DNA from: Gonapodya sp. JEL0774
Taxonomy: Eukaryota
Assembly (NCBI GenBank): GCA_027604505.1
Contig: JADIIX010000085.1
Location: 1-64,000 of the forward strand
Direction: 5' to 3'
Length of the DNA: 64,000 nt
How positions within the stretch are numbered: the first letter of the stretch is position 1; each line of letters begins with the position of its first letter. Of this stretch, positions 61,544-64,000 are shown piece by piece. The notes under the pieces are model-generated. The model had not been told where the DNA came from. It did not search any database and saw only the letters and a program-made list of their open reading frames with translations. The position numbers were made by a program, and so were the translations under genes.

Positions 61544-64000
61544 TCAGTAGGTCCACTTCCGCGACTCCATCAAAACGTCCCTGAAAGGATTCTGTTGATG
61601 AGACTCCTCTGTGTTCACAAGGTCAACGCCTAATGATCTCTGTACCGACGCAGTATCATCTGGCACCCGCCTTAGAACTTCTGGGGAGGGTTTGGGGGTC
61701 GGATCTGCCGATACATCCACGACTTTTGAGACTGAAGGTGTCTTCCCATTTGTGCTACCCCGTGACGGTCCCCCCCAGTACTGCTGAGAATTGTTGCTAG
61801 AAGTAGGGGGTATCTTGCCTCTTGGGCCAGCCACATCCATCCGTTCGGATGAAACAGATGAGTGAATTTTGAAGGTATCTGAAACGTTGCGAGGCGAAAA
61901 GGTCCCAAACGTCGCAGGAACTGTGGCACTCAAACGGAGACAGTCGCTATGCATAGGAGCATGAAGAGCAAGATCCTCGATTATCACAACATAAACGTAC
62001 ATATCTCACATTGGTGCGATTCCAAACTGGTTTGTATCCAGATTCAACAGTGTGGACCATCCGTCTCGAAAGATCGTGTGAATTTCCACAAAATCACCGG
62101 GAGTGAGTTGAACTTCATCAGAAGACGAGGGTGTAAACTGCAAGTTATCTGATTGCATTAATGGAAGTGACATGGTACGGACAATCTCGATCACTCACTC
62201 TCCCGCATACCAGATATGGTTGTTGGCTACTAAATGCGACACTTTCTTCATTTTCTTTGTAAAGTGGACCCGCGACTCGCAGGAAGAACCACTGGAATCC
62301 AAAGACATGTTACATAATACGGACCGAAATGGGGAGAATAACTCACATGCGGTTGTGGACACGTAAACTGCCCATTGCCATCACAATCCAGTGTAGCTTC
62401 CCTGCCATTCACACGATCAGTCACCTGAATAATGCTTCGATCTGTTTCAAACGTGGAACCAGAAAATCGTCGTTGAAGTTGGTCTGACGCTAACGTTTTT
62501 GTAAAAGAGAAAGGCCTCAGTGTACTCGAAGGTGTCAGATTTGAATAGTAAGTAAGCCTCTGCTGCGCTGCTAGAGGCAGTGATGGTGAGCCTGGACCGG
62601 CCGTTAGATTTGTGAAAGATCCTGTTGGGGAGAATGATTTCAGCCGTGGAAACGTTCCGAATTGACTCGGTGGACTTGAAGGATCTATTAGACGAAGAGT
62701 ATCAAGGAGCACAGCGGATTTTAGTGAGGTGTCCACTCCACACTGTCAACGTATCAAGTTCAAATACCTGGAAGTTTGCGCAAACCCTTCTCCCTGACGC
62801 GTCGCCTTCTCAAGATCACTGCTCCCCCCAACACCAAGAATCCTGCAACAGCGCTTGCAGATGAGATGGCGATGAGCTTGACGTTGGGTGGAGGTGCTGG
62901 TACTGTCGGGATGCTCGCTTTCGGGGAAGAGGTTGATGTGACTGCCGAATACGTAGCAGCGCACGTGGAGTTCGATCCGGTTGCAATAACTTGTGCTATA
63001 CCGGAATTCACAGAAACACAAGACGTTGGGTAGTTCTTGCTGCAAGTAAAAATCCCTCGATTCGAGATGTTGTACGTTAGCCGGCAATCCGTCACGTTGA
63101 GGGGCAATAAACCATCCACATTTCCACTCAGACTGTAAGGGTAAGCACTTGCAGATAAAGATAGTGCGAGCAAGATTATCAAAAGACGGGTTCTCACTTG
63201 TTATCCGCGATCCACAGTGTTTGTAGCTTGTTAAGCCGCGTCAAATTGGAAAGAGTGGTGAAATTGTTGCTACAGAGTCTCATGGAGTTGATACGAGTGA
63301 GGTTCTGTGCAAAATCCAAACTCCCAGAGAATTGATTGTGTTGAAGTGACAGCTGGAGGAGAGAGGACGGCAGGGGCGGAACAGGCCCACGGAGCACATT
63401 GCCATTAAGGAGGAGGTAAGTGAGATTTGAGAGGTTTGACAAATCAGGAAGAGTGCCTGAGATTGAATTCGTGGAAAGATCAAGCCGGGTTATTGCTGTC
63501 AATCCTCGAATCAGTGGAGGGATTGGACCTGCCCGCACGACACCAAACCAAATCACTTTCTGTACATGCAGATTTGTCCCATCACTTTTGATTCCAATTA
63601 TATTCACCTTTTAAACTTGCATTCGATATGATTGCGCTGGTAACGCGACCAGCACTACAAGTGATGATGGCGGGAGCATGACTCCCACAACATAGAGTCT
63701 TATTCCACGGAAAGCTTAAATTTGATTGGGTATAAAGAGTCTGTGTAGGATTGAATGTCATAGTGAGTAACTTTATGACTTAACCCCAGGACAGTTCACA
63801 TATGTAGGCATGGTCGAAAAACAAACAACTTTGTCCTGTAGCGAGAGAGCAATTGAATCGGGGCTGAAACTCGTGTCTGGCGTTCATGGTATAGATTGTG
63901 ATTTCCGGGGTACTTTCCACATCACGGAACAACAAGGAGAATCGGAGGACCGACAGTAACAAACCCACCTCAAAGACGGCGCATTCCGCCAGTTGATCTT
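61544..64000 (-). CDS. LRR-TM-SH3 receptor-like protein (5' end beyond the window)
   Basis: ECAVFE|TLYTQS..W..CC..ITC..GRVT; about 5 LRRs (GPIPP..LDLSTNSISGTLPDLSNLSNLTYLLLNGNVLRGPVP..); TM LIAISSASAVAGFLVLGGAVIL+RRRR; spliced SH3 PYLVCGR|FTPSSSDEVQLTPGDFVEIHTIFRDGWSTLLNLDTNQFGIAP. Confidence 0.8.

Noticed and set aside
62760..63197. Stand-alone secreted protein starting MRTRLLIILLALSLSASA
   Set aside because: The apparent signal peptide is translated intron (GTGAGA at 63197 to TACAG at 63133); splicing restores the LRR frame ADNNLSGNVDG.

Overview
Gene-dense, intron-rich eukaryotic DNA. Short GT-AG introns with CTAAC/CTGAC/CTCAC-type branch sites, micro-exons and the gene content (VTC4, SHR3-like, CSL, PhoD-like, serine O-succinyltransferase) indicate a fungus. 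An early-diverging zoosporic lineage (chytrid/monoblepharid-like) is my inference, not a database result. About 23 protein-coding genes were reconstructed by hand-splicing; most listed six-frame ORFs are exon fragments or antisense shadows. Housekeeping and metabolic genes: PEX6 (5' end outside the window), eIF5B, uroporphyrinogen decarboxylase, short/branched acyl-CoA dehydrogenase, a double-CDGSH Fe-S protein, VTC4, a SET methyltransferase, an SHR3-like chaperone, nitronate monooxygenase, a saccharopine-dehydrogenase-like oxidoreductase, uroporphyrinogen-III methyltransferase, an HSL-type esterase, serine O-succinyltransferase, a PLP dehydratase, a PhoD-like phosphatase, a CSL (RBP-J/LAG-1) transcription factor, a coiled-coil SH3 protein and a beta-lactamase-family hydrolase. 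The most striking signal is four paralogous cell-surface proteins sharing a Cys-capped, plant-type LRR ectodomain but with different stalks and outputs: GPI anchor; TM plus intracellular SH3; Pro-rich stalk plus TM; mucin stalk plus TM. This is a candidate modular LRR receptor system in a fungus. No RNA genes, transposons or CRISPR arrays were recognised. Gene boundaries come from manual splice reading and may be slightly off.
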